Under the pieces are notes generated by a model, which was given only the letters and a program-made list of their open reading frames with translations, searched no databases and was not told the DNA's origin. Source: Myxococcales bacterium (GTDB taxonomy: Bacteria; Myxococcota_A; Polyangia; Polyangiales; Polyangiaceae). Taken from it: a stretch of DNA of 64,000 nucleotides. Numbering within the stretch: position 1 is the stretch's first letter; each line of letters starts with the position of its first letter. The DNA lies in assembly GCA_043747615.1 (NCBI GenBank), contig JAYTOU010000032.1:32001-96000 (forward strand), in the 5' to 3' direction. Made by a program: the position numbers and the translations under genes. This document shows, piece after piece, positions 38,678 through 48,214 of this stretch.

Positions 38678-39226
38678 ATGCATCCGTTTCTTGTTGCAGC
38701 GGTAATCCTCGCAGGCGTCGCCGCCTGGACTGATTGGCGAACGGGTGAGATTCCGAATTGGTTGACGTTCGGAACAATGGCACTTGCGCCCATTGCTCAC
38801 GTGGCAAAGGCAGTAGCGATTACCCACTTGCCAGTTCGTACGGCCTTCATAGCAGGCGCATATTCGGTGGGTGGCCTGTTGCTTTGTGGACTAATTCCGC
38901 TGCTTCTTTATTCGCGTGGTGGCATCGGCGGGGGAGACGTAAAGCTCTTTGCCGCCATAGGCGCCCTTTGCATGACGATGTTTGGGGTCGAAGCCGAGAT
39001 GTATGGCTTCTTCGTTGCGGCGCTCATCGCTCCGGCCCGGTTGGCGTACGAGGGTAAGTTGTTAAGCACGATTAAGAATGCGGCCATCCTGATGGTGAAT
39101 CCGTTTCTCCCCGCGACCAAGAAGTTCCAGGTTCAGCAAGAGATGATGACGTGGTTCCGGATGGGACCAGCGATTTTTCTTGGCGTACTGGTAATGACAA
39201 TTACGGAGTGGAGATCGTCACCATGA
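38678..39226 (+). CDS. cpaA: Prepilin peptidase, A24 family (CpaA/TadV)
   Basis: 'AAWTDWRTGEIPNWLT' and catalytic 'GGGDVKL'. Confidence 0.92.
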   Translation: MHPFLVAAVILAGVAAWTDWRTGEIPNWLTFGTMALAPIAHVAKAVAITHLPVRTAFIAGAYSVGGLLLCGLIPLLLYSRGGIGGGDVKLFAAIGALCMTMFGVEAEMYGFFVAALIAPARLAYEGKLLSTIKNAAILMVNPFLPATKKFQVQQEMMTWFRMGPAIFLGVLVMTITEWRSSP

Positions 39227-39786
39227 AAACCACGACTGAGAACCTCCGTAACGATTTGAGCGGTGCCGTTGCCGTCGAATTCACGGTCGCCGTGATGCCG
39301 CTATTTTTCATCTTTTTCGGCTTCTGGCAGCTTTTCGCCCTGTACACGGCGGACCTAGCCGTGCGGCACGGCGCGAACGCTGTCGTCCGTGCGGCCGTCG
39401 TGATCAAACAGCCCGACAATCCCGGTACGTTCGTCGGCGGCGATAGCACCAGCGCTCTAATGCCGCCGTTCGGGCTCTTTGGTGCATTCGGCATAGCGAC
39501 CCGACCCTGGTCGTTGAACCCCTTCCTCGCCGGGAATGCGCCGTCGCTCTTCCTCAGGACCGTGACGATTGACTTTCCCGACGGACCCCCGGGCGACGAT
39601 TTCAACTCGAACTACAACACCACCCACGTGACGGTCGAAGCGGTCTACGTGTGCACCGTCCCGCTCGGAAAGCGGCTGGCGTGCGGCGGCTTATTCGGTC
39701 TCGGAAACGCGCTGGGCTTGAACATCGTGCTGATCACGCGAGAGGCTTCTCTTGCCCATCAGGGCGCCCGCTACAAGTTACCGTAA
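39223..39786 (+). CDS. TadE-like minor pilin
   Basis: G|AVAVEF motif followed by a hydrophobic helix. ATGA overlap with cpaA. Confidence 0.85.
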   Translation: MKTTTENLRNDLSGAVAVEFTVAVMPLFFIFFGFWQLFALYTADLAVRHGANAVVRAAVVIKQPDNPGTFVGGDSTSALMPPFGLFGAFGIATRPWSLNPFLAGNAPSLFLRTVTIDFPDGPPGDDFNSNYNTTHVTVEAVYVCTVPLGKRLACGGLFGLGNALGLNIVLITREASLAHQGARYKLP

Positions 39787-39852
39787 GCTGCTTTGTTGGG
39801 TCGTTTTATCGGATTCGTGGAACGCAATCGCAGAATCGTATTGGAGGATGGA

Positions 39853-41058
39853 ATGAGCGCCAAGAAGACCTTTATCGCGGATACTGGCGGAGCCATTATG
39901 GTGCTGGGCGTTTTCATGACGCTCTTCCTCATCGGTGGCTTGTTCTTCTTGCTGGGAATCGGCGATGCGTTGGTTTTCCACGATCACATGCAAGAAGCGG
40001 CAGACGTATCCGCCTTCACAGGCGCGGTCGTGCACGCGCGCTTCATGAACCTGATCGCGGCAATCAACCTCATCATGTTGGCGCTTGTCGTCATCCACCT
40101 CGTGCTCGCGCTCGTTCACCTCGCGACGCTCATCATAAACGCGGCTACCTGCGCTATTGCTTGCCTTATCCCCCCATTTGTCCCAGGCATTGCGGCTTGC
40201 ACGATATCGGTGCCTTTCAATGAGGGCGCGGCGTTCGCGCTCAAGGCGTACGACACAGGCATGAAGCTCACCCTCACCGCCTTGAGCGCAGTGCAGTACG
40301 GCCTCGCCTGGACGGCGTGGATTGCCGGTCCGGCCGCGAGCGTTTATACCGTGAGCAACTTCAAGTCGAGATCCGGTGGCGCCACGGTTATCGGTTTCTC
40401 GGAAGGACTCTCGATTCCCGGCTTGGACTCGGGCCGCATCGGGCTTCCGGTGTTCGAAGAAGAGCCCGGCTTTCTCTGCGAAAAGCTCATCAGATACTTC
40501 AAGGTCCCCGGCTTGGGCAAGGCGGCGAAGGTCCTCGGCTTCGCCAGCACGGCCATCCGCGAGCTCTTCTGCTCCGGTACATTCGACCAGGTCCCACACT
40601 GGGACGAGTGCGAAGTCATCATCCCTGGACCCGGATTGGCGACGAACGGGAGCTGGTGGACCGAGAAGAACAAGGGCCCCAAGAAGATGTGGGCGTACAC
40701 CGGCAGCCCTCTCGGTAACGGCTCGGACTGGAACTCCGTCTACGGCGTTGCGATTCCCGAGTACGCAGAACAAGCGGAGAAGTCAGTTGCGGTCGGCGGC
40801 CTGATTGGATCTGGGGGAGGTGCGGCCGGAACGAACGACAAGAGCACGAAGTTCTATTTCGCCCAGGCCGAGTTCTATTACGACTGCACGAAGACGTGGA
40901 CGGACCCAAAGTGCGAGGATCAGCCGGAGGTCGACAACGCGATGTACACGATCGGCTGGCGTGCCCGTCTCGTTCGCTTCCACTTCCCCAGCATCGGCGC
41001 TGGTGCCAAACTCGTCGGTATGCTCAACAGCCTCACCAAATTCGTCGTCATCCACTGA
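39853..41058 (+). CDS. TadG-like large minor pilin / tip protein
   Basis: 'GGAIMVLGVFM' pilin-like helix, 'MQEAADVSAFTGA...AR.MNLIA..N' Tad-domain motif, Cys-containing variable region. Confidence 0.8.
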   Translation: MSAKKTFIADTGGAIMVLGVFMTLFLIGGLFFLLGIGDALVFHDHMQEAADVSAFTGAVVHARFMNLIAAINLIMLALVVIHLVLALVHLATLIINAATCAIACLIPPFVPGIAACTISVPFNEGAAFALKAYDTGMKLTLTALSAVQYGLAWTAWIAGPAASVYTVSNFKSRSGGATVIGFSEGLSIPGLDSGRIGLPVFEEEPGFLCEKLIRYFKVPGLGKAAKVLGFASTAIRELFCSGTFDQVPHWDECEVIIPGPGLATNGSWWTEKNKGPKKMWAYTGSPLGNGSDWNSVYGVAIPEYAEQAEKSVAVGGLIGSGGGAAGTNDKSTKFYFAQAEFYYDCTKTWTDPKCEDQPEVDNAMYTIGWRARLVRFHFPSIGAGAKLVGMLNSLTKFVVIH

Positions 41059-41073
41059 TCCCCCGGAGCCAAC

Positions 41074-41568
41074 ATGGAACGCTCGAAAAAAACACGGTTG
41101 ATCAGTCGCGGAAAGACGCGAGGCGCTGCGCTCGTCGAAGGCTCTCTTCTCTTCCCGATTATGGTGATGTTCCTTCCGTACATGACCTACTTCCACAATC
41201 TCCACAAAGTTGAATTCCTGAAGATGGGGGAGTCGCGGAACCAATGCTGGGCTTACACGTCCAAGTCCTGCACGGGAGCGGGAGGTGCCAAGTCCGGCAG
41301 CAAGGACACCGCGAACGGATACCCCAATGCCCCCGGGGGCGCGGAGGGTAAAGGCGGTAAGGCGGAGAGCGCGCCGGTCAACGTGAAAAATGGTCTCATC
41401 GCCACGGGTTACTCGACGGCGAGCGGAGCGGCAGACGCAAAGCCCTTCAACGTGGCGTTCGGAAAGACGCTCAAGGTGAAGGCAGAGTCGTGGAACTTCT
41501 GTAATGAGGTTTCGGTAGATCCCGAGACCAGCAATGTCCTCGACCAGGTTGTTAAGAACTTCTTATAA
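41074..41568 (+). CDS. TadE/F-like minor pilin
   Basis: 'RG|AALVEG.LLFP' prepilin motif. Confidence 0.8.
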   Translation: MERSKKTRLISRGKTRGAALVEGSLLFPIMVMFLPYMTYFHNLHKVEFLKMGESRNQCWAYTSKSCTGAGGAKSGSKDTANGYPNAPGGAEGKGGKAESAPVNVKNGLIATGYSTASGAADAKPFNVAFGKTLKVKAESWNFCNEVSVDPETSNVLDQVVKNFL

Positions 41569-41590
41569 GAACTGACTGAAGGAGGACGCG

Positions 41591-42625
41591 ATGTTCAAGG
41601 TTGGTCACTACGTGAAAGCAGACCTCCGCGGTTCCTACTCTGCGGCCCGCTCTACGGCTCGCCGTAAGACGTGGCATCATCGGTTTGGCGTTGCGCGGCT
41701 CGCCGTGTTCGGTTGCGCCCTCGGGTCGCTTGCCATCGTGTCTGCCACGCATCGTGCAAAGGCCGATGTGGGGGAAGCAGCGATCGCCCTCGGGCGCGAT
41801 CTGGTTCCCCTGGCCGATGTGCTTGGTCGGGCGACGAACGTCAACTTGAACGGCGAGCATATCTTCATGGGCTCCGTGATCACGGAGGAGCCGGTGAAAA
41901 GCGTGCTCGATCGGTTTCAAGCGAACTGCGCTGAGAACCCGGGGCCCTTCAACGAGATCCTGAAACGGTTGAACGATGTGCCAGCCGAGAAACGCACGGG
42001 CGAGCTCAAGGATCCGTCGATCAACGGGGATGCCTTTCGCAGCGAAACGGCGAATGAGGGCACGGTGCTCTGCATCACCAAGGGCGCCAAGAGCGGGTCG
42101 ACGTACGAAAAGGCGATGACGGCGTTCGGCCAGACCCGCGACATCGGCAGCCTCGGTAAGCTTCGCTACGCCTACGCACGGAAAACGTCGACCGGAAGCA
42201 CGGCCGTTTTGTCCGCATGGACCGAGGACTCGTTCAGCATCGACAAGCTCCTGCCGCCCGACGGCTCCGAGCCCGCGGGGAACGACGACGGTCAAGTCGC
42301 CCGTCCGCCTTCATCGAAGCGAACGATCAACGCCCACATCGAAGGGACCTCGTACGGCGTCCGCTTGTACACGACCACCGAGAGCCAGGCGAACGTCGTC
42401 ACATTCTACGACGCCGATATGGCGAAGAAGGGTTGGGCGAGACATGCGCTGGCCGACCACAAGGACATGGCGCCCGAGCTCGATCCCGGAGCGAAGGGTA
42501 CCCACCTCTACACGAAGGGTGCCCTCCAGGCGATCGTTCAACTTGTGTCGGAAGATGGGCAGACCAGCGTCGCGATCGCTGAGCTCGGCGTGGACGAAGA
42601 AATCGTAACGCCCACGATCAAGTAA
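41591..42625 (+). CDS. Hypothetical exported or membrane-anchored protein in the Tad operon
   Basis: Strong SD (AAGGAGG), one hydrophobic segment, two Cys, co-oriented and tightly packed. Confidence 0.75.
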   Translation: MFKVGHYVKADLRGSYSAARSTARRKTWHHRFGVARLAVFGCALGSLAIVSATHRAKADVGEAAIALGRDLVPLADVLGRATNVNLNGEHIFMGSVITEEPVKSVLDRFQANCAENPGPFNEILKRLNDVPAEKRTGELKDPSINGDAFRSETANEGTVLCITKGAKSGSTYEKAMTAFGQTRDIGSLGKLRYAYARKTSTGSTAVLSAWTEDSFSIDKLLPPDGSEPAGNDDGQVARPPSSKRTINAHIEGTSYGVRLYTTTESQANVVTFYDADMAKKGWARHALADHKDMAPELDPGAKGTHLYTKGALQAIVQLVSEDGQTSVAIAELGVDEEIVTPTIK

Positions 42626-42641
42626 CGAACAAGGACTCCGC

Positions 42642-43181
42642 ATGCACACGATATTCCGTACCTTCCTGGGCGTCGCAGCTTCCCTGGGCGTCTCGATCCT
42701 CAGCGTCGTGGAGCAGGCTCCCTACGTCCAGGCCGGAAACGACGCCGAGGCCTTCACCGGCGACGGACAGGGGCTCGTCGGCCGTGAGGGTGAGTTTGGG
42801 GCGGCCTGCCGTCGGGAGTGCGGCCGAGGCTTGCCGACGGAGTGCAAGGCCCCGAAAGCGACCGAGTGCCTCCAGAGTTGCTACTGCGAAACAACGATTG
42901 AACGGCAGCATGCTTGTTCGGCCCGTGAACCGTGCCCCGGCCCCAAGGACGGCAAGGAGGGCGTGCAGGCGTGCATGAACGGGCGCTGCATGTACCAGTG
43001 CGCAAGCGATAAGGAGTGCCGCGGCTTCGGTGGCGTCTGCCGCGCGGGCAGCTGCAGGCAGCGAAACGCCGACGAGGTAACCTCGTGCAAGGCCGCGTGC
43101 GAACCTTGCCTCGCTCGACTGAAAGCGTGCGCCAACAAGTACAGCGCATGCAAAGCAAGGTGCCCTGGCTCGGATCTCTAG
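42642..43181 (+). CDS. Secreted cysteine-rich protein (20 Cys)
   Basis: SD AAGGA, signal-like N-terminus, CxxxC and 'CASDKEC' disulfide-knot-like patterns. Confidence 0.75.
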   Translation: MHTIFRTFLGVAASLGVSILSVVEQAPYVQAGNDAEAFTGDGQGLVGREGEFGAACRRECGRGLPTECKAPKATECLQSCYCETTIERQHACSAREPCPGPKDGKEGVQACMNGRCMYQCASDKECRGFGGVCRAGSCRQRNADEVTSCKAACEPCLARLKACANKYSACKARCPGSDL

Positions 43182-43281
43182 ACGCGCCTTGCGGAACAGC
43201 GCGTCGAGTGAAACGACGCGGAAAAAGGCGGCGCGCGCAGCGCTTCCCTGGCGAAAGAAAACCGGATAGTCTCTTCGCTGC

Positions 43282-44097
43282 ATGAACCGTCGCGCTCTCC
43301 TCATCGCGGTTATCGTCGCTGTTCTCGGCGTCGCGCTCTTGGTGCTTTACCAGTCGCGCTTCGAGACGGAAGCGTCCGGGGGTGAGAAGATAAAGCTTCT
43401 CATCGCCGTCATGCCAATCGAGCGTGGCAAAGTCATCACCGAAGAGATGGTCTCGACGCGCGAGGTGCCTCAAGCTTATGTCGAGGATCGCGCCATTAAA
43501 GAGGTCGAAAAGGCGAAGATTATCGGGCTCCGCGTGGGCAACACCGTCCAAGCTCAGCAGACGATGATGTGGACCGACTTGGTGACCGCGAGCGAAGAGC
43601 GCCGCGATCTCAGCTCCCTCATCCAGCCTGGCAATCGTGCAGTCTCCGTCCAGATGGCCCGCGAGGATTCCAGTGTCGCGCTCATTCGCCCAGGCGATTA
43701 CGTCGACGTCATCGCGATCATGCCACAGCCGGGTCAGGCGAACGACGTCCACGCGGCTGTGGTGCTCTTCCAGCGCGTCCTCGTCCTCGCGACCGGTCTC
43801 GAAACTTCACCCGACGCGGTCAGCGACCGGTCGAAATCCGAAGGTCCGAAGAACGAGGAGCAGGCATCGCTCCTCACCCTCAGCTTGACCACGCCGGAAG
43901 CGCAGCTCCTCGCGCTCGCCGGCGAACGCGGCAAGTTGGCGGTGGCGCTGCGCAATCCCGAGGATCAGCGTACCGCGGAACGCATCCCGGACGTTTCGTC
44001 CAACTCGCTTCTCGACAGTGAAAAACTCACTCAGGTGAAGGGGCTTCGCCGAGGTGGGACGGGGATTCCTGGCAAAATTGACGAGGGTGCAAAATGA
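43282..44097 (+). CDS. cpaB: Flp pilus assembly protein CpaB/RcpC
   Basis: N-terminal TM, SAF domain, 'PGNRAVSV', 'IRPGDYVDVI', 'QRVLVLATG', 'LRNPED'. Confidence 0.95.
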   Translation: MNRRALLIAVIVAVLGVALLVLYQSRFETEASGGEKIKLLIAVMPIERGKVITEEMVSTREVPQAYVEDRAIKEVEKAKIIGLRVGNTVQAQQTMMWTDLVTASEERRDLSSLIQPGNRAVSVQMAREDSSVALIRPGDYVDVIAIMPQPGQANDVHAAVVLFQRVLVLATGLETSPDAVSDRSKSEGPKNEEQASLLTLSLTTPEAQLLALAGERGKLAVALRNPEDQRTAERIPDVSSNSLLDSEKLTQVKGLRRGGTGIPGKIDEGAK

Positions 44098-45416
44098 GAT
44101 TGGGTCGTGTCGTCACGGTAGCCGCTGCACTTTCGATCGGGTTTGGCTCTCTTACCTCGAGCTCCACCGTTTTCGCTCAGCCGAAAGGCGGAGATCGCGA
44201 CCACGTCGAGGAGCTCTCGTTAGCGGTCGGTGAAACGAAGACGATCTCGGCCAAGGACGTAAAGAACTACTCGGAAGGGTCACCGGGCATCATCGACACG
44301 CGCCTCACGCCCGACGGAACGAACTTCATCGTCGCCGGCAAGAAGCCGGGAACGACGACCCTGCTCTTCATCAAGAACGACGGCACGCAGATCAACTGGG
44401 TGGTCACGGTCTCCACGCGTTCACCGGCCGCGGTCGAGCGCGAAATCCAGCAGCTCCTCGAGGGGACGACGGGCGTGCGCGTACGGCGCGTCGGCGGTCG
44501 CTTCTTCCTCGAAGGCGGCGTGACGACCGAGGGCGAGCTCAAGCGCATCGCCCAGATCGCTACCCTCTACCCCGGCCAGGTCGAGTCGCTCGTCACGATC
44601 GGCTCGGGCGCTGCAGAGCGCAAGCTGCTCGTCAGGCTCGACTTCTTTTTCGTCTCGTACAATCGCAACGCAAGCTACGCAGTAGGCCTCAGCTGGCCCG
44701 CGCAGATCGCTGGCGCGAACTCCGACGGCGCCTCGGTCGTCTCCAACAACCTCACCTACGACTTCATCGCGAAAACGACGACGACCGCCCAAGCCTCGAT
44801 CGTCAACCAGCCGCTGCCGGCCCTCGACATCGCCTCGAAGCATGGCTGGGCGAAGGTCCTCAAGCAGTCCACGGTCATCACATCGAACGGCTCCGAAGCT
44901 CTGTGGAACAGCGGCGGCGAAGCGAACATCCTGACGACCCAGGGCCTGACGCCTTTGCTCTCCAAGATTCAGTTCGGCACGAACATCGGCGTGCTTCCGC
45001 GCTTCGACTCCCAGACGAAGGAAATCGAGATCAAGCTCGACGCCGAGGTCTCCGAGCTCACGCCGGCCATCACGGGCAACGTGCCGGGTCGGAACACGAG
45101 CAAGCTCAGCACGTTCGTCAACTTGAAGCTCGGGCAGGCGCTCATTCTGTCGGGCATTCGCACCCGGACGGAACGCCACGAAGTGAGCGGTCTGCCGGGA
45201 CTGAGCCAGATTCCCGTTATCGGTGTGCTTTTCGGAGCTCACACCGACGGGCAGGAAGAAGTCGAGGGCGCGGTCTTCATTATTCCGAGCATCATCGAGA
45301 CCGTTCCGAAGTCAGCGATTGAAGTGATCAAGAACGCGCTCGCGGGGTACGAAGACTACCAAGGCGAAATTGAGAAGGCGGATTCTTTCAACAAGACGCC
45401 CCCTTCGGCAAAGTGA
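44094..45416 (+). CDS. cpaC: Tad secretin CpaC/RcpA
   Basis: Signal peptide, N-terminal pilus-formation domain 'GKKPGTTTL', secretin core 'SGGE', 'FG', 'GLPGLSQIPVIGVLF'. Confidence 0.9.
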   Translation: MRLGRVVTVAAALSIGFGSLTSSSTVFAQPKGGDRDHVEELSLAVGETKTISAKDVKNYSEGSPGIIDTRLTPDGTNFIVAGKKPGTTTLLFIKNDGTQINWVVTVSTRSPAAVEREIQQLLEGTTGVRVRRVGGRFFLEGGVTTEGELKRIAQIATLYPGQVESLVTIGSGAAERKLLVRLDFFFVSYNRNASYAVGLSWPAQIAGANSDGASVVSNNLTYDFIAKTTTTAQASIVNQPLPALDIASKHGWAKVLKQSTVITSNGSEALWNSGGEANILTTQGLTPLLSKIQFGTNIGVLPRFDSQTKEIEIKLDAEVSELTPAITGNVPGRNTSKLSTFVNLKLGQALILSGIRTRTERHEVSGLPGLSQIPVIGVLFGAHTDGQEEVEGAVFIIPSIIETVPKSAIEVIKNALAGYEDYQGEIEKADSFNKTPPSAK

Positions 45417-45471
45417 TCATCTCGGCACCACTCGGGGCATGCCTCGAGTATTTCAGGGGAGCTGAAGCCAC

Positions 45472-47334
45472 GTGAGTGCACGGCAAGCCGAGCAATACGC
45501 ATCGCACGTCGAGGTCCTCATCCAATCGGATGACGGCGAGGAGAGGAATGAGCTCATTCCGACCGGGGAACCGATCACGATTGGTCGCCACGCCCAGTGC
45601 GTGCTGAGACTCGAGAGCGATCTGCTCTCGCGCCAGCACGCGGTGGTCGAGGTCGGTTCGAACTCGATTCGAGTAGAGGACGTCTCGACGAACGGTACCG
45701 TCGTCGGAGACCTGCTTCTCAAGCGTCAAGCGATTGAGGTGCCCTACGAGACTCCCATCGTCCTCGGGAATTTCACGGTCTACTTCCTCCAGCCGCAACA
45801 AGCCGTCGGCGCGTTGCCTCCGCCTCCTCCTCCTCCTCCTCCGCCGCGTGCGCAGCAGCAGCAGCAGCCGCGGCAGATGTCCGCCCGGCCTCAGCCCCAA
45901 CCTGGAACTTCGCAGATTCGCCGACCGAAGACGATGCCGGGCGAGCTCGCTACAGGCGCGCAGGCGGCGATCAAGCGTCCCTCAGCTGCGCCCGTCGCGC
46001 TCCAGCCCGAGCTCGGAGGCGCCTACAAGCCTCCGGTAACGACGCCGGAGATGCTCCATAAGCGAGCGCAAGACGTCCAGCTCCGCAAGGACATGCACAA
46101 GCTCCTCGTCGAGCACCTCGACTTGGCGACAGTAGAAGCAGCGAAGCTCGACGACCCGTCACTCAGGCCGAAGGTCCTCGGGGCGCTGCGACGCATCGTC
46201 GGCATGCTCGAGGCGCGTCTTCCGCCAAACACCGATCGCGATCAGCTGATTGGCGAGCTCGCTGACGAAGCGTTGGGCCTTGGTCCACTCGAACGCTTTC
46301 TCTCCGATCCCGCGGTCAACGAGATCATGGTCGTCGACCCGAACACGATTTACATCGAGCGCTCGGGCAAGCTCATCCTCTCCGACGCGCGCTTCACCGA
46401 CGACGATCGCGTTCGCGGCGTCATCGAACGTATCGTTACCCCGCTCGGTCGCCGAATCGACGAGTCGTCGCCGCTCGTCGACGCCCGCTTGAAAGACGGC
46501 TCGCGCGTTAACGCCATCATCAAGCCTCTCGCGCTGCGCGGCTCCTGCATCACGATTCGAAAGTTCGCGAAGACCGCGCTCACCCTGGAAAAGTTGGTCG
46601 GCTTCGGTGCCCTCACGCCGGCCATGGGACTTTTTCTCCAGCGCAGCGTGCTCGCCAAGAAGAACATCGTCATCTCCGGCGGCACGGGCAGCGGAAAGAC
46701 GACGCTGCTCAACGTACTGTCGGGTTCCATCCCGCCCGAAGAGCGCATCGTGACGATCGAAGACGCGGCCGAGCTCCAGCTCGCGCAGCCGCACGTCGTG
46801 TCGCTCGAAACCCGTCCGCCGAACCTCGAAGGCCGCGGCGAGTACACCATTCGCGATCTCGTCAAGAACGCGCTCCGTATGCGTCCCGATCGAATCGTGG
46901 TCGGAGAGTGCCGCGGCGGCGAAGCGCTCGACATGCTTCAGGCCATGAACACGGGTCACGACGGATCGCTCACAACGACGCACGCTAACTCGCCGCCAGA
47001 GGCCATCGGCCGTCTCGAGACGCTCGTCCTCATGAGCGGCTTGACGCTGCCGATCCGAGCCATCCGCGATCAGATTGCGGGCGCCGTGCACCTCATCGTG
47101 CAGCAGTCGCGCTTCTCCGACGGCTCGCGCCGAGTCACGGCAATCACCGAAGTAATCGGCGTCAACGAGGACTCCGGCGAGATCGATATGCGGCCGATCT
47201 TCGAGTACGTGCGCACCGGAACGGGCCCCGGCGGAAAGGTGATCGGCGATTTCCGGTCCACCGGCTATCTCCCTTCCTACTTGAACGACTTCATCGTCAT
47301 GGGCCTCGTTAAAAAGGGAGCCAATTACCTATGA
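45472..47334 (+). CDS. cpaF: CpaF/TadA pilus ATPase with N-terminal FHA domain and Pro/Gln linker
   Basis: FHA 'IGR...SRQHA...STNGT', Walker A GGTGSGKT, 'ALRMRPDRIVVGECRGGE', 'MNTGHDG', 'THAN'. Confidence 0.95.
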   Translation: MSARQAEQYASHVEVLIQSDDGEERNELIPTGEPITIGRHAQCVLRLESDLLSRQHAVVEVGSNSIRVEDVSTNGTVVGDLLLKRQAIEVPYETPIVLGNFTVYFLQPQQAVGALPPPPPPPPPPRAQQQQQPRQMSARPQPQPGTSQIRRPKTMPGELATGAQAAIKRPSAAPVALQPELGGAYKPPVTTPEMLHKRAQDVQLRKDMHKLLVEHLDLATVEAAKLDDPSLRPKVLGALRRIVGMLEARLPPNTDRDQLIGELADEALGLGPLERFLSDPAVNEIMVVDPNTIYIERSGKLILSDARFTDDDRVRGVIERIVTPLGRRIDESSPLVDARLKDGSRVNAIIKPLALRGSCITIRKFAKTALTLEKLVGFGALTPAMGLFLQRSVLAKKNIVISGGTGSGKTTLLNVLSGSIPPEERIVTIEDAAELQLAQPHVVSLETRPPNLEGRGEYTIRDLVKNALRMRPDRIVVGECRGGEALDMLQAMNTGHDGSLTTTHANSPPEAIGRLETLVLMSGLTLPIRAIRDQIAGAVHLIVQQSRFSDGSRRVTAITEVIGVNEDSGEIDMRPIFEYVRTGTGPGGKVIGDFRSTGYLPSYLNDFIVMGLVKKGANYL

Positions 47335-48212
47335 TCAACCTTGGTGGCGCCGGCGCAGTCCCGGCAGAGCTGATGAAGCTCGGGGGGCTCCTGATGGTGG
47401 GGCTTGGTCTGTTCGTAGCAACATGGTCGTCGACGTCCGATGAGACAGGCTTTCTCTGGCGATACTGGGGGCAATACACCTCCGCGATCGAACGAAAGCT
47501 TCGGCCACAATTCATATTCACGAAGGGGTCCGCTGTCGCACTCGGGCAGCTCGGTGCGCTCGTCTTCCTCGCCCTTCTCCAAGTCACCGTTGGAGTGCCG
47601 TTTTGGTACGTGCTCGTCGTGGTCATCCTGATTGCCCCCTATATTGCGATCGAGAAGATGCGACGTGATCGGGTCGCCTTGCTCGAGTTTCAGCTCGACA
47701 ACTTCATCCTCGGTCTTGGAAACGCACTCAAAACTACGCCCAGCATCGGCGGGGCGCTCGCCTCGGTCGTCTCCATTCTCCAGGATCCCACGCGCCAGGA
47801 AGTTGATCTGTGCGTGAAGGAAATGAAGGTCGGCAGCACGCTCGATCAGGCCCTGCTCCACATGGCTTCGCGCATTGGGAGTCGGCAATACGACTCGGCC
47901 CTCGCGGCCATCCTCATCGGCCGTCAGGTCGGCGGAAATCTTCCGAAGGTGCTCGAAGCCACGGCAAACAGCCTCCGTGAAATGGCTCGCCTCGACGGCG
48001 TCGTTCGCTCGAAGACGGCCGAAGGAAAGATGCAGCTCTATGTGCTCGGCGCTCTGCCGCTCGTGATGATATTCTTGCTCAACTACATGACGCCGGGCTA
48101 CTTCAAGCCGCTTGGTCAAAGCGTGACCGGCTACATTATCACGTTTTTCTGCGGGATCTTGTGGGTCGGTGCGATGGTTTCGGCACGCAAAATCCTCAAC
48201 GTGGATATCTGA
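47331..48212 (+). CDS. tadB: TadB inner-membrane platform protein
   Basis: T2SSF-like domain, 'VGGNLPKVL', 'KTAEGKMQ', TM helices. Follows cpaF. Confidence 0.9.
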   Translation: MINLGGAGAVPAELMKLGGLLMVGLGLFVATWSSTSDETGFLWRYWGQYTSAIERKLRPQFIFTKGSAVALGQLGALVFLALLQVTVGVPFWYVLVVVILIAPYIAIEKMRRDRVALLEFQLDNFILGLGNALKTTPSIGGALASVVSILQDPTRQEVDLCVKEMKVGSTLDQALLHMASRIGSRQYDSALAAILIGRQVGGNLPKVLEATANSLREMARLDGVVRSKTAEGKMQLYVLGALPLVMIFLLNYMTPGYFKPLGQSVTGYIITFFCGILWVGAMVSARKILNVDI

Positions 48213-48214
48213 AC

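Noticed and set aside
28622..40000. Mobile element or prophage explaining the accessory region
   Set aside because: No integrase, transposase, tRNA target or terminal repeats seen; only local AT enrichment (e.g. the GT87 gene and pilin region).
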